Shown here: positions 39,601 to 51,446 of the stretch, piece by piece
Layout: each line of letters begins with the position of its first letter
How positions within the stretch are numbered: the stretch's first letter is position 1
Source: Paraspadella gotoi
Lineage: Eukaryota; Animalia; Chaetognatha
NCBI GenBank assembly: GCA_051294375.1
Contig: CM119265.1
Span: forward strand, 2,827,292-2,891,291
DNA length: 64,000 nucleotides
Reading direction: 5' to 3'
The notes under the pieces: model-generated
Seen by the model: only the letters and a program-made list of their open reading frames with translations
Told to the model about the DNA's origin: nothing
The model's database searches: none
Position numbers and translations under genes: made by a program

Positions 39601-41436
39601 ATTGGTGCACTTGTCAGACAATGAGGAAGGTCGTTGTGGAGAGCAAGATGGCAATTGACGTCGGCAACTTTATAATTGAGCGGGTGATTTTACTTCGACT
39701 TTACCAAATTTGAAATTGTATTGAAAGTTTTTAAAATGAACATGCAATATAATCATAATTTGTTTTATTTTTAAGCAATACAAAAACGTTTTTAAAAAAA
39801 GAAGCTATGTCCTGCTATATTATTATATTGTGAAAGGGATGGAGGCCTTAAGCCACCATAGCCTGTCCAAAGACTGGAGGCAAAATAACTTATTTTCTGA
39901 ATGAATGGATAATTTTTATATTGATTGTACGAATTTCATGAAGCGTAATTTCTATATTTTTTTTATATTTTAGATAAACGAGGTTTTAAAACATCGACGA
40001 AATATTTGTCAGTTTCTGACTTTGAAGAAAATAAAAAGCGCCTTCATTACAGAATCTCCCGATTATTATCTCAAGGTAAAGTAGAAGTAACTGTTGAAGA
40101 TGGTTTGTATTGATAAAGTTGTAATCCGTATCTGAACGAGTTTTAAGAAAAGAACTGTTGAAAACCGTATCTGATCTAGAAAGAATTAACTAAAATTGAC
40201 CAAAATTGATTACATATATGTATATATATATATATCTTCGATTCTGTCGTTCTGTTCGTCGCCTTGACTTAACTTTGTCTTTCTGCTATATAACAATCTT
40301 CACTCAATTAACCAATTAACCAATTAACCAATTAACCAATTAACCAATAAACCTTTGCAGTGGCGACAAGAGGGGGGGACACCCTCGCCTCAGGCGAGGG
40401 GCCCGGGCCCCAGGGAGGGCCGCTGAGAAGAGAGAAAAAAAGAAAGAAAGAAAAGAAGAAGAAAAAAAAAGGAATTGAGTGATTATGAAAAAAGGTTCAG
40501 TCTGTGCAGATAGTTTAACTGATCAAATTCAACTTAGATCATGCCTGGGCCCCTTTAGACTTTAGGGGTCAAGTTGGTAATGTCCCAACTATTTAATGGG
40601 GGTAATGGCCCTGTGGCCCTGTGGCCCCGTGGCCCTTTGGCCCTTTGGCCCTTTGGCCCTTTGGCCCTTTGGCCCTTTGGACCCGTCCATAGTCCCTAAT
40701 TTTCAAGCCAGAAAGTCAGTAATCGAAAAATAAAAAATAAAACTATGGAGAGCTGGGGGGGACCCGGCCGTGGGACCAGTGGAGGGGCCCGCCATTTTTC
40801 TCGCAGCCCCTGAACCTTTGTCATTCAGTTCAGAGCTCTCTTCAACGACGTCCTCAACCAACAGCTCGAGTTCCAACCTCCCGTCAGATCCGCCAACAAT
40901 TTTGTCGTCGTCGTCGAAGCTTCTCCCGGAGGCGGAGTCTTTGAAGGTGTTGTTGTTGTTGTTGTTGTTATTGTTTCGTTATTTATTTTAATGTTTTTGG
41001 TTTTTTATTCGTTTCATTTTTGACGTTTTTGATTTTCTTGTTCTATTAAAAGTTGTTCTTGTGTTTTTAATGTTGTTTGTTGTCTCTGTGGTTGTTTTTG
41101 TTGTGGTTTTGTTGTTATTGTTTATATTTTGTTGTTGTTTTGGTTGTTTTTGTTGCTGTTGCTTTTGCTGTTGTTGAGGAACTCTTTTCATTTGTCTCGT
41201 CTGTGTAACGATTTGCTCAAATAAAAATGTCCTATCACACTATCACACTGTGTTACTGTGTTTCTTTTTCCTCCTCAGGCACTGTGCGCGTGTGGGAAGC
41301 GAAGGGAAACCATAAAGGGTCGATGTCGTTGGAAGGAGAAATAAGCAGAATCAATTTATATGGACAAACGTCTCATTGCGTCGAGGAGGCGAGACTCAAA
41401 AAATATTGTTATTGCAAAAATGATGCGGGAGATTAA
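35169..41436 (+). CDS. DUF229 family protein (alkaline phosphatase/sulfatase-like fold, N-terminal TM), paralogue 1
   Basis: ~14 exons: MSRLFNK-TM, GCKIPSFDPFD, VFLVGIDSVSKNNFIR|NLPKT, YNKVADNT, TLYGED, FFSDHGFRFGEIRETFAGKFEERLPF, RLTTNFDLYET, SLFDEIPTTRSC..HWCTC, ISRINLYG..HCV..LKKYCYC*. One apparent 1-bp frameshift near 37822. Confidence 0.9.
38016..38290 (+). mobile_element. Repeat family C: hairpin, tRNA-like head and partial twister core (P4 deleted)
   Basis: Homologous to 58574-58871; B-box-like GGTTCTAGCC; AGT-GA-CGG-GCCGGT-TAA-ACC at 38151-38170. Confidence 0.75.
39823..39940 (+). repeat. Family A fragment with degenerate twister core (39835-39877)
   Basis: GA-TGG-AGGCCT-TAA-GCC-AC-CATAG-CCTG-TCCAAAGA-CTGG followed by the family A tail. 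Confidence 0.75.
40358..40812. mobile_element. hAT-type MITE with 8-bp TSD
   Basis: TSD AACCTTTG at 40350-40357 and 40813-40820; termini CAGTGGCG.../...GCCCCTG; internal GGCCCTTT tandem. Confidence 0.8.
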
Positions 41437-41563
41437 ATAAAGAAAATTTGGAGTCTTCGGCATTTTTAATTCATGAGGATAAGCTAAAGATTAAGGTGTT
41501 GTCGGTACATTGAAAAGTTATCAGTGATCACTGATAGGCCATCGATTATTATATTGATACTAC

Positions 41564-41760
41564 GGTGGACTAAAATCCACCAACCGTTCATCAGCGGCAG
41601 GAGGCGAGTCATTCGCTTCCCAACCAAAAGGTCCGGGGTTCTAGCCCGGTGGCTGCCTAACACGCCTGTAACACGATGTTACAGCCTTGTCCAAAGCTCA
41701 GGGACTGCTTAATAAGCAGTGCTTATATTGAACGGTTCTGTCACTAACTCATAACAATTA
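41564..41760 (+). mobile_element. Repeat family B: tRNA-like head with twister 3' half
   Basis: GGTGGACTAAAATCCACC hairpin, TCGCTTCCCAA..GGGGTTCTAGCCCGG, then TAA-CAC-GC-CTGTAACA/TGTTACAG-CCTTG-TCCAAAGC-TCAGG. Confidence 0.75.
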
Positions 41761-44539
41761 TTTCTCGAAAAAACCATAATTACTTTATATATATAGGTAA
41801 GTTAAACTATATCCTACATATACATTCATCCAATAAGCTATCTTACACCTTACTTTAGACAGGCTAGGGAGGGTTAAAATGATAAAATAGCGGGACTCTG
41901 CAAGCTTTCAATCAAGACTCTCTCACATTCTCATTTAAAAATACCAGAGCTATTGTCTTCTCTATCAATGAAATGGTAAAATAGATTTACTAACTGTTTC
42001 AATTGTAAGAAAAGAAATATAAAATAAAGACAAAAAAGAAAACTACCTTTCTTCAGTGGATTAGATACTAGAACTTTTTTCTTAAGAGTGTCGAGAAATT
42101 TCCATGGCAACTGATAGAAAAGTGATATTGAGACACGATAACATGAGTAATTTGGTTTTGAACGAGGACCTGATCGCGCATTAGATACATAAGCGGTGTA
42201 AAAATTTCGAAAGCGACTAGTAGAGACGAGGAGCGACGAGGAGCGAAAACATGCGCAATTTCTGCGGACCAGCTCCGTTAAATAATAAATTTCATGATGA
42301 AACCATGAAAACTACGCCTTTGTTCCCCAAGATTTGGAAAGTTCAGACACTGAACTATCCAGATGTCAAATAATAATGGTCAGTTAACGTTGTCTTCAAG
42401 TGCAAATTAATGCCTCCACTAAAAGTTGATTTTGGACTTTTTAAATTAGCCGATGAAATTTAAATGCTAATGTATACAGCGTTAAAATAATCTATCATGA
42501 CCATAGATTATGGTATTAAAATATTTTTTGTCAAAAATGCTTTCTTCTGAGGGTACTCGCCTAATTAAAAATATTATATTACTATATAGAGCAAAAATAT
42601 TTTTTTTAAATCTTAAAATTTTTTGATGGATTCTGATAGAGCATAAAAAGTTAAACAAGAAATATAATTACAGCTTTTAAAAATTATTACGTTTTCTAAG
42701 TGAAAATATAAAAAAAACTGATAAAATCATCGAAAGATGATGATGATGATGATTTTTTACAGTTTTTTTTTTTTTTGACACACTTATCATAAAAATATTT
42801 AAAAAAGAATCATACTTTGTGTAGACAACTTTTTATGAGTTATCTGAATCTGGTCTTAAAATTTAAAAATTCCAAACAAAATTTTTGGCCTTTCCTATCT
42901 ATAAATAAATATTAAAAAATTAATTACTAGGGTATAGAGCCATATTAGAAATTTTTTGTCCATTGAAAGTATTCTTAAAAATGTCTAAATATTCGTTTGA
43001 GCATGTACTCACTCTAAATTTTTGACTCACCCCATTGAGTGCGGCTACCTCATTATCTCATTAAATTTAATGAGATAATTTTAATAAGCTAAAGAGTTTA
43101 GCCGCTTGGCAAGACACTAAACTAATTATATGTTTTGTGATAAGTTATCTTTTTAGCACCAGCATTATACAAGGGATAGTTAAACTTGATGTAAATTCTT
43201 AAATGTAGTATTATGTTTTACTGGCTTTGTTTCATATCAAATCACCATATCTTATCACCTTTACCGATTTTATTTGTTCCCGCAAAGGAAGATACCAGGG
43301 ACGTTAGAGGTTCAAATACTAATAACACTTTTTAATTTATTTGTTGGGATCAGGTGCAAATATTGTAAAATATAGCAATGAACGGACATTTTCGAGTAGA
43401 GGACCAGTTTTAAAATGCATTAGAAATGAGTTCAACGATTGTCTTAGAGTAGGAAACTTGTAATAGGTTTAAAAATATTACTTATTATTTACAGTAAAAT
43501 ACAAAAAAAAGACAAATCATAGGAAAACCGCTCGCGGAGTAATCGTTTTAAATAGCTTTAAATACTACTAAACTATTTATGGATTTATGTTTTTCCACCG
43601 ATTTTAGATACTAAAATCCATGTACTATCAAAAACCATTCGTAGTTGGCAAGTATTTAAAGCGCTATTTGTGCAACTTTCGTAATGAACCAAAAAAAGCA
43701 GAAAAAAATTTTGATCGCTAGAATTTTTTTTCTTCGCGAAGCGACATATATATCTACCCAAAAGTCTAAACGTTTATTCTCGGTGACTGACGTGGCAAAT
43801 ATGTGACAAATGTAATAAATATTTCATCTTAAATAATTTTGAAATTTCAAATGTCAAATTTCTAATCAATATTTTTACACGATCAATTCTTTGAAGTCCA
43901 ATATTCATGATTACTTATGGGTTTTTTTTTTCTCTCTCTGTGTCTCTCTGTCTGTCTCTGATCTTTTATTCTACCAAATTTACAATTATTTTATAATAAA
44001 AAAAAATTGTCTTGAAAACAATTTAGTTTTTTCTTCACCCCTTCAAAATCGCAGTTAAAAAAAATTTTACTTAGTAAATGATTCTTATCGAAGTGTTAGA
44101 AAAAAAAATAATTTGAAAATCATTTTGGCATTTACTCATTTTGTGGATCCTGAACACATCAAGTGCGTTATAATATCAATGAGAATGGTAGTGATTCCCT
44201 ATGATTCCCTGTATATTCTAAGCTAGTTTTCAAAAACTCAGATAGAGTAAAACCTTTTTAGAACAAATTTGTATTTAATCCATACTAGGTATCTGGGTAT
44301 CCCGTTGTTTATCAAGATTTAAAAAAAAAGTAAATTCATCTTAAACTACCTGGAATATAGCTTGACAAAGTGAGCCTGAAATAGAGAAAAGCCTTATATC
44401 TCTTAAAGAAATGATTTTTGACAACTGATATTGCTTGAGAGGTTTCCGATGATAGTCACTAATTAATTAAAAGCATATATATTTTTGTACGATGAACTAA
44501 CCTTATTCCAATAAAAAAAAATATTTCGATGATAGTGAA

Positions 44540-47500
44540 ATGCAGCAACGACTATTGTGCAAAAACCGCTTCTTCATCTTCTTCGTCGTCGTCGTCGTCG
44601 CTTTCGTCTTTGGAAGTTTTTATTCGGGGTTTTTGCGCTTTGAAAATTTTGGATTCAATTCGTGGGAAGCCTCGTTTCCGATTCATTCCGTCAATTTCTC
44701 TGGTAAACAAAAACAAAAGATCAAATAATTTTATCAACGTGATTATAAAGATTCACAGATATTCATAATTCATGTTTTACAGAGATTCATAAATCCTCAT
44801 TCACAGAGTCTCATGATAACTCAGTCACATTCGGAAACGAGGCGAAGGAAGGATTCGACGTCTTCACACCCGGATGTAAAATTCCCACCGTTGATCCCTT
44901 CGATCCATCGCTCAGTCACATCAAATTGAAGGGTGAGATCAATTACGAATAGAAAACACGTATGAAATTGACCTTGCAGTAAAGACAGGATATATTGGCA
45001 ACTATATTTGGGCACCCTGACCCTTCATTAGTGTGCCCAGTTGGTCTGAAGCTTCGGAACTGGTTGTTTAATCATAACCGTCAGTCAAATGAATACACAG
45101 TTCCGTCCAGGGGCAAAACCCGCGACAAATGGGTACAAGAGATGAAGCGTTAGCTCTATGGAGTTATGACAAGATGAAAATTAACGCGGCAAAACTGTCC
45201 CACGTAAATTCTTATCGTATTTCACAATCTCAACTACTACAGCGCGGCAGAACTGGAGAGTGATGTGAAAATGATAAAATTTTAGAAAATTAAAATTTAG
45301 CATATAAAACATGAAAATAAAAACCAATAAAAATACTTTAGTAAGTTTATTTTTTAATTTTATTCATTAGTGGCACCCAGTGAGCTATATTTATATATAG
45401 TAATAAGTATATTATAAGCTAAAATTTTAAAATGTAAATTTTTAAATTTTAAGATCGGATTTGGATTTCTTGCTAAAAGTTAATACAAGAAATTCTTTTT
45501 TTAATTTTTTCATTAAGTTGGTTAAAAATGTAAAAAAATGTATTTAAGATGCAGATTTTCAATTTTAAGCTTAAAAATATAGTTTTTTATAATTTTAACC
45601 TACCAACTTTTATCAACTTTTATCAACTTTTAACGAGGAAACTGAATCTGTTCTCAGAATTTTAAAAAAAACATTTTAAAGTTTTGACATTATATAAGGT
45701 ATATACAAAATTAGCTGACTGGGCTACTATATTTGTAAAAAATATATATATTTCCAGATTAGTATTCACTAATATGATAGTTTTCAAGATATATTTGCTA
45801 AATTTTGATTCCAAACTTTCACTTCACCCTGCTGGAGAGTTTTATTCTACGAGTTATAATATTTTGATGTTAATTTAAATTTATTAAACTCCAGGGGAAA
45901 AAAAGACAAACGAATGCAGCAAAACTCGACGATTTCTTGTGAAGAATTTAAAAGAAAATTCGATTCGTTTGAACGAAAAGGAAAAAGGAGAAAAACTAAG
46001 AATTAAATCTTGTGAAATCAAAACTGTGAAGCGGCGAAACGATCGGACGGAATGGACGGACGCGCGGACATTTCGTGCGGACGCCTGCGTAAGTCAAGAG
46101 AATTAATTTAATAAACTAAATATGTAAACTTATAATCCACTGGTCAAATCAAATTTTAATATGTATCCGGATTTTATTTTAATAAAATTTTATTTAGAGT
46201 AAATAATTTTTGAAAAACTTAATTGATTTTTCAATTTGTCTTCACCAAAGGTCAACATCTCCGGCGACTTTTCACTGATCATTTGTTTCGACAAGATCGT
46301 CGAGCCCGCTTCCAAGAATTCGTCGTCGCGGCTTTAGATGATAAAACAAAAGACAAAAGAGACCAAAGACTCTGGATTCGACGTTTTGCTCATCGGCGTC
46401 GATTCTGTATCGAGAAATAATTTTGTTAGAAATTTCCCGAAGACTCGAAAATTCCTCTTCGATAATTTGGAACCCGTGGAATATTTTGGGTAATTTAGAC
46501 TTGAAATAAAGGTTCGAACTTCATACCAAATAGTACAAGATAGAGTTCAGGTCTACCTGCTTGCAAATCCTAACGCATTGGAAGCATTCTTTACCATTTT
46601 ATATCGCTTATGGAAATAACGTCAATTGAAATTTAGCTATGGTTAAAATCCGAAATTTGTATCCAGTTACTTTCCATATTTGTACTATTCTATAAATGGT
46701 ATGTATTTACAATTTAGAGTACCTCTTCTTAATTTTCAAGGTACAACAAAGTTGCCGACAATACCCTGGTTAATGTTATTCCATTTCTCACTGGAAAATA
46801 TCTTGAAGACTTGCCCTGGACAGAAAAAATGGCTCATTTGCCTTTTGATATATATCCTTTCATTTGGAAAAATTTTTCAGATAAGGGGTAAGTTAATGCA
46901 GTGTATTCGAAGAATTAGAATTAAAACTTTATGGTTATATTGTTAGAAAATAAGTTACGCATGTATATTTTTTTTTGTATGTAAAAACTGTTTTAATCCA
47001 GATACCGCACTTTCTACGGAGAAGACTCTCACAGCATTAATACCTTCAACTACCAAAAAGCTGGATTTCATTCTCAACCAACTGATTATTACTTCCGTCC
47101 ATTTATATTGGCTTATGAGGAATTAGAAAAGAAAATGGGCCTAAGGTACATAGTTATGTGGTTTTTTCCATAGTTTCCTAAAACTGATATGATTAAGCTT
47201 TTTTTTCCCAACCTTTTTAGAAATAGATATACTTTCTTGTCTTGCCAATACTGAAAAGTTCAGCAATTTTTAGATATATCGAGTTTACAATATACTAAAG
47301 CAGCTTTTGAATATGTATTAATGATATATATTGAGCATCTTCTAATAATATGTATAATAATATTAAAATAATTATATTAATAAAATTTTCAGCCAAGAAT
47401 CTCGAACGAATGCTTTGGATATCAAACTCAGGTAAAAGATCACGTTCTATTATAAAATTAATTTATACACACTGCACAGTAGGGTGGAGTGATGAAAAGA

Positions 47501-49899
47501 TTGAGCGATGTAACATGTTTTTTTGCTGCCTTGGTATATGTAATAAAAAATAATTAATCCTTTTTTTCAAAAAAATTTGGTTTAACCGTATTATGAATGA
47601 ATTTTCTTTATAGTAATTTATTGTAATTTATTGTATTTATTTATTTTTTGTAATATCCTTATAAACATCATATTTTTTAATTTTAAGAACAGTTTCGGAT
47701 TCGCCGCGAAAAAACTTAAATATAAGTTAAATATGTTACATGATATTTTTAGGTTAAAGCTGCGAAAAATGACCAAAACGTTTAATCATATAGTAGTTTT
47801 TACTACAGAGCATGAAAAAGTGGAAAACTTGGCCTTTTTTTTTCCATTTTTGACGCTGACGACATTGAAATTTAATAACATATTATGGTTGACTAAAATC
47901 CACAACGCTTCATCAGCGGCCATTGGTGCCGGAGGCAAGTCATTCGCCTCCCAACCCAAAGGTCCGGGGTTCTAGCCCGGTTGTGGCCTCGCTGTTAAGA
48001 GGGATGGGGCGCTTAACCCGCCTGATCCAAAGCTTTAGGGACTGCTTATATTGAACGTTCTGTCACTAATTCATAACAATAATTATTGTCTCTTCATTGG
48101 TGAGCCGACTTCCAAACATAACAGCAACAACAACACTTTCAGGCGACATGCCTCAACCTGGCGATGCACTTTACGCCAACAACACATCAGTCGACATGAC
48201 TTGGTGACAAACTTTCCACCAACAACAATTAACAGAAGAGACAAAACAGACTTTTCCCAACGGGGGGGGGGATGTATGGTGGACTAAAATCCACCAACCG
48301 TTCATCAGCGGCCATTTGTGCCGGAGGGCAAGTCATTCGCCTCCCAACCCAAAGGTCTGGGGTTCTCGCTGCGGACGGGGCGCTTAACCCGCCTGTAACA
48401 CGGTGTTACAGCCTGATCCGAAGCTCAGGGACTGTTTATATTGAACGGTTCTGCACTAACTCATAACAATAATTACTGTCTCTTCAAGGCTAATAATAGA
48501 TTAATATTTATATATCTCTCAAAATCCGCAGGGCGAATGGCTGTACGACTATTTTCTCGAGTTTCTTCGAACTCACAAAAACGAAAAGAAATTCGCTTTC
48601 GTTGACGAACTCTTGGTCGCACGATAAAGTCTACGACGCCGCTTTGGCCGATGAGCCGACGGAAAAACTCTTTCACAGATTGAAACAGGGTCAGTTGTTG
48701 GAGAAACTGCGAATACTGGTCGCATACTACGTATTTTGAATCGTACAACTTATACATTTTGCAACTCTATCATTTGATAAAATATATTTTTTAAGAAAGT
48801 TTGTCGAATTTTTCTAAGACTTAAATTTTTTGTTAAGAATTACTTTTAATTTTAAAACGGATTTTACCTTAGAACCTACGTGGACTGAATTTAGTCATTG
48901 CTCAGTTTTAAATTCTTTTTTAAATCAGGCGGCTTCTTAGAAAATTCCATTGTGATTTTCTTCTCTGATCACGGCTTCAGATTTGGTCAAATCAGAGAAA
49001 CTTTCGTGGGAAAATTCGAAGAGCGTCTTCCTTTCCTTTTCTTTCTCGCGCCCAAAAGATTCAAGAAAGATCATAGAGGGCGTTACGAGAATTTGAAGAA
49101 AAATGCACGAAGACTGACAACCAATTTTGACATTTATCAAACTCTGGTGGATCTTTTGGATTTAGGGTCTATGAAAGAGACGAGGTACGTAGTATGAATG
49201 GTCAATATATAATTATATATTTTATATATTTTTTGATTTTTTAGAGTATTTTGCCAGCTTTTTTTGTTCATTTTCTTTCATTTTTGTGATATAATAGAAG
49301 ATTCAACTAATCAAAAATTTTTGTATGAAAGAATGATACAACCCTATTTAAATTTTTTTTTCGAAATAATTTACGCTTTTAAAATGAGTCAAAAGTAGTT
49401 TTTGTCAAACATATGAGGTAATATTTTTTTAAAGTATATGTTATAAAATAACGTTAAAGATTTAAAATGCTAAAATTTTTCTTACTTATACTATTATAAA
49501 ATTCTTGTATGATTTTTCGTATAAAGAGGCAAGGAAAACTCTCCTTTTGTCAACGGAATCCAATACCGCTATTCGCTCCTTGATGAAGTTCCTCCAGAAA
49601 GAAATTGTGAATCGGCAACGATCAAACCTCATTGGTGCGTCTGTCAATCTATGAAACGAGTCGATGTTAAAGATAAAGATGTCACTAAAGCTGGACAATT
49701 CATCGTTCAACAGGTTTTGGATATTTTATTTATTGGATAAAGAATAGTTGGTGTGCTAGAAAAACTAAGATGTGATTTTATTCATCTGTGATGATATTTT
49801 TTTCCGCTCAATAGAGAAGTGCAGAAATAATTGTAAAGTTTTAAAACTGACCACTTATTCACTTTTGTTGCAACTTTTTCGCCTCTTTAGTTTAATTAA

Positions 49900-49939
<40 letters not shown>

Positions 49940-50547
49940 GATAAACAAATATCTCTCTGATAAAAAAGACGTTTGTGAGCACTACAGTATGAAAAATATT
50001 AAGAGCGCATTTGTGACGGAATCTTCAGAATACTATCTCAAGGTTGAAATGGATATATTTTTCATAATCTTTTAAACATCGAGTTATATATACTATACTA
50101 TAATTATACTATCTCAAAGTTGAAATGGATATATTTTCATAATATTTTAAACACCGAGTTATATAATTATATAGCGTCTTTTTTCTACAGTTCAAGTCGG
50201 TTCTCAATGATATTCTAAATCGAAAATTGTACTTTCAACCTAAAGTGACAGCCGGTAAAAATTATGTCATCATAGTTGAAGTTGGTCCGGCAGAGGCGTT
50301 TTTGAGGGTAATGGTATTTGATGGATTTAAGAGCATTATTCCATTTCGCCGCAAAAAGTCATTAAATATTCTTTTCAGGCACAGTGCGGGTTTGGGGAAA
50401 GAACAACAACAACAAGAAGATGGTGCCGATGAAATAGAAGGAGAAGTGAGCAGAATCAATTTGTACGGTAACGATTCTCATTGCGTCAAAGAAGCTAATT
50501 TGAAAAAGTTTTGTTATTGTAAAATTCAATCGTTAAATAGAGTTTAA
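44540..50547 (+). CDS. DUF229 family protein, paralogue 2
   Basis: ~13 exons (44540-44702, 44807-44932, 45895-46088, 46251-46489, 46741-46887, 47002-47145, 47393-47431, 48532-48689, 48929-49183, 49529-49713, 49941-50042, 50191-50307, 50379-50547) with the same motifs (GVDSVSRNNFVRNFPKT, FSDHGFRFG, VSRINLYG..LKKFCYC). A few 1-bp indels in the last exons. Confidence 0.88.
47887..48486 (+). mobile_element. Two head-to-tail family B elements (47887-48096, 48278-48486), each with a tRNA-like head and twister core
   Basis: Cores at 48000-48039 (GA-TGG..TCCAAAGC) and 48371-48429 (GA-CGG..TCCGAAGC); shared tail ..TGTCACTAAYTCATAACAATAATTAYTGTCTCTTCA. A tail-only reverse copy lies at 57847-57887. Confidence 0.8.
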
Positions 50548-50620
50548 AAAGAATGTAATCGTTATAACTTATTACTTTTTGAGAAAGAAAGAAAGAGAGA
50601 GACAGGTGGAAATAAGGAGA

Positions 50621-50659
<39 letters not shown>

Positions 50660-51446
50660 TAAATTGCTTCCCTAAACCATAAACAAAAAACAAAACCATA
50701 AACAAAATCCTTTACCTCTCGGTTTTTCCTTTGCCCTTTTTAGTTTTCTTTGATTTCACAACAGCAATTGATTAATAAATATTCGGGATCAAACGCCTTT
50801 TTTTCAATTTATAAAAAAAAATAGCCATTTGCGATCTGTGATTGGTCAATATCGGTCACGTGACCTTAAAATCTTCGTATTTTAAAGATTTTTTTAGAGT
50901 AAAAAGTTATTTAATAGTTGTCTAATGTATATTTTGCATAAAAAAATTTTTAATTTTAATTTTTTAACAATATTAAAGAGTAAAACCGAAAGTAAGTGTG
51001 TCAGAAACAAGCCAAAGTGGTCAAGCAGGCAAAGAATACTTAAATTTTTTCTCTTAATCTTTTGCTCTTTTCTCTTTCTCTTTTACTCTACATATCTCTC
51101 TCTCTTCTGTCTCTCGTAATCTCATTCCCTTGTATTTTCTTCTACTACAATTTTGGCTTATTTTTACATTCGCCAACCGTTTTTGAATGCTTTTACTAAC
51201 AAAAGAGCGATTTACATTTTTGTCCTAAATTCATGAATCTTCATTCAAAATTGTTTTCAAAACTTTTATATATATACTCTTACAAATAATTACAAATAAT
51301 TTTTTTTTCACCAATATCATTAAAATATCTTCGAAAACATAAATAAATAGAAAGTCTCATCGGATATTTACGGTAAGATATGACTTTTAGGAAACTTTCA
51401 CTTATATTGTTCATGCTTGCTTGATAGATTGACACCACTTTTCCAG

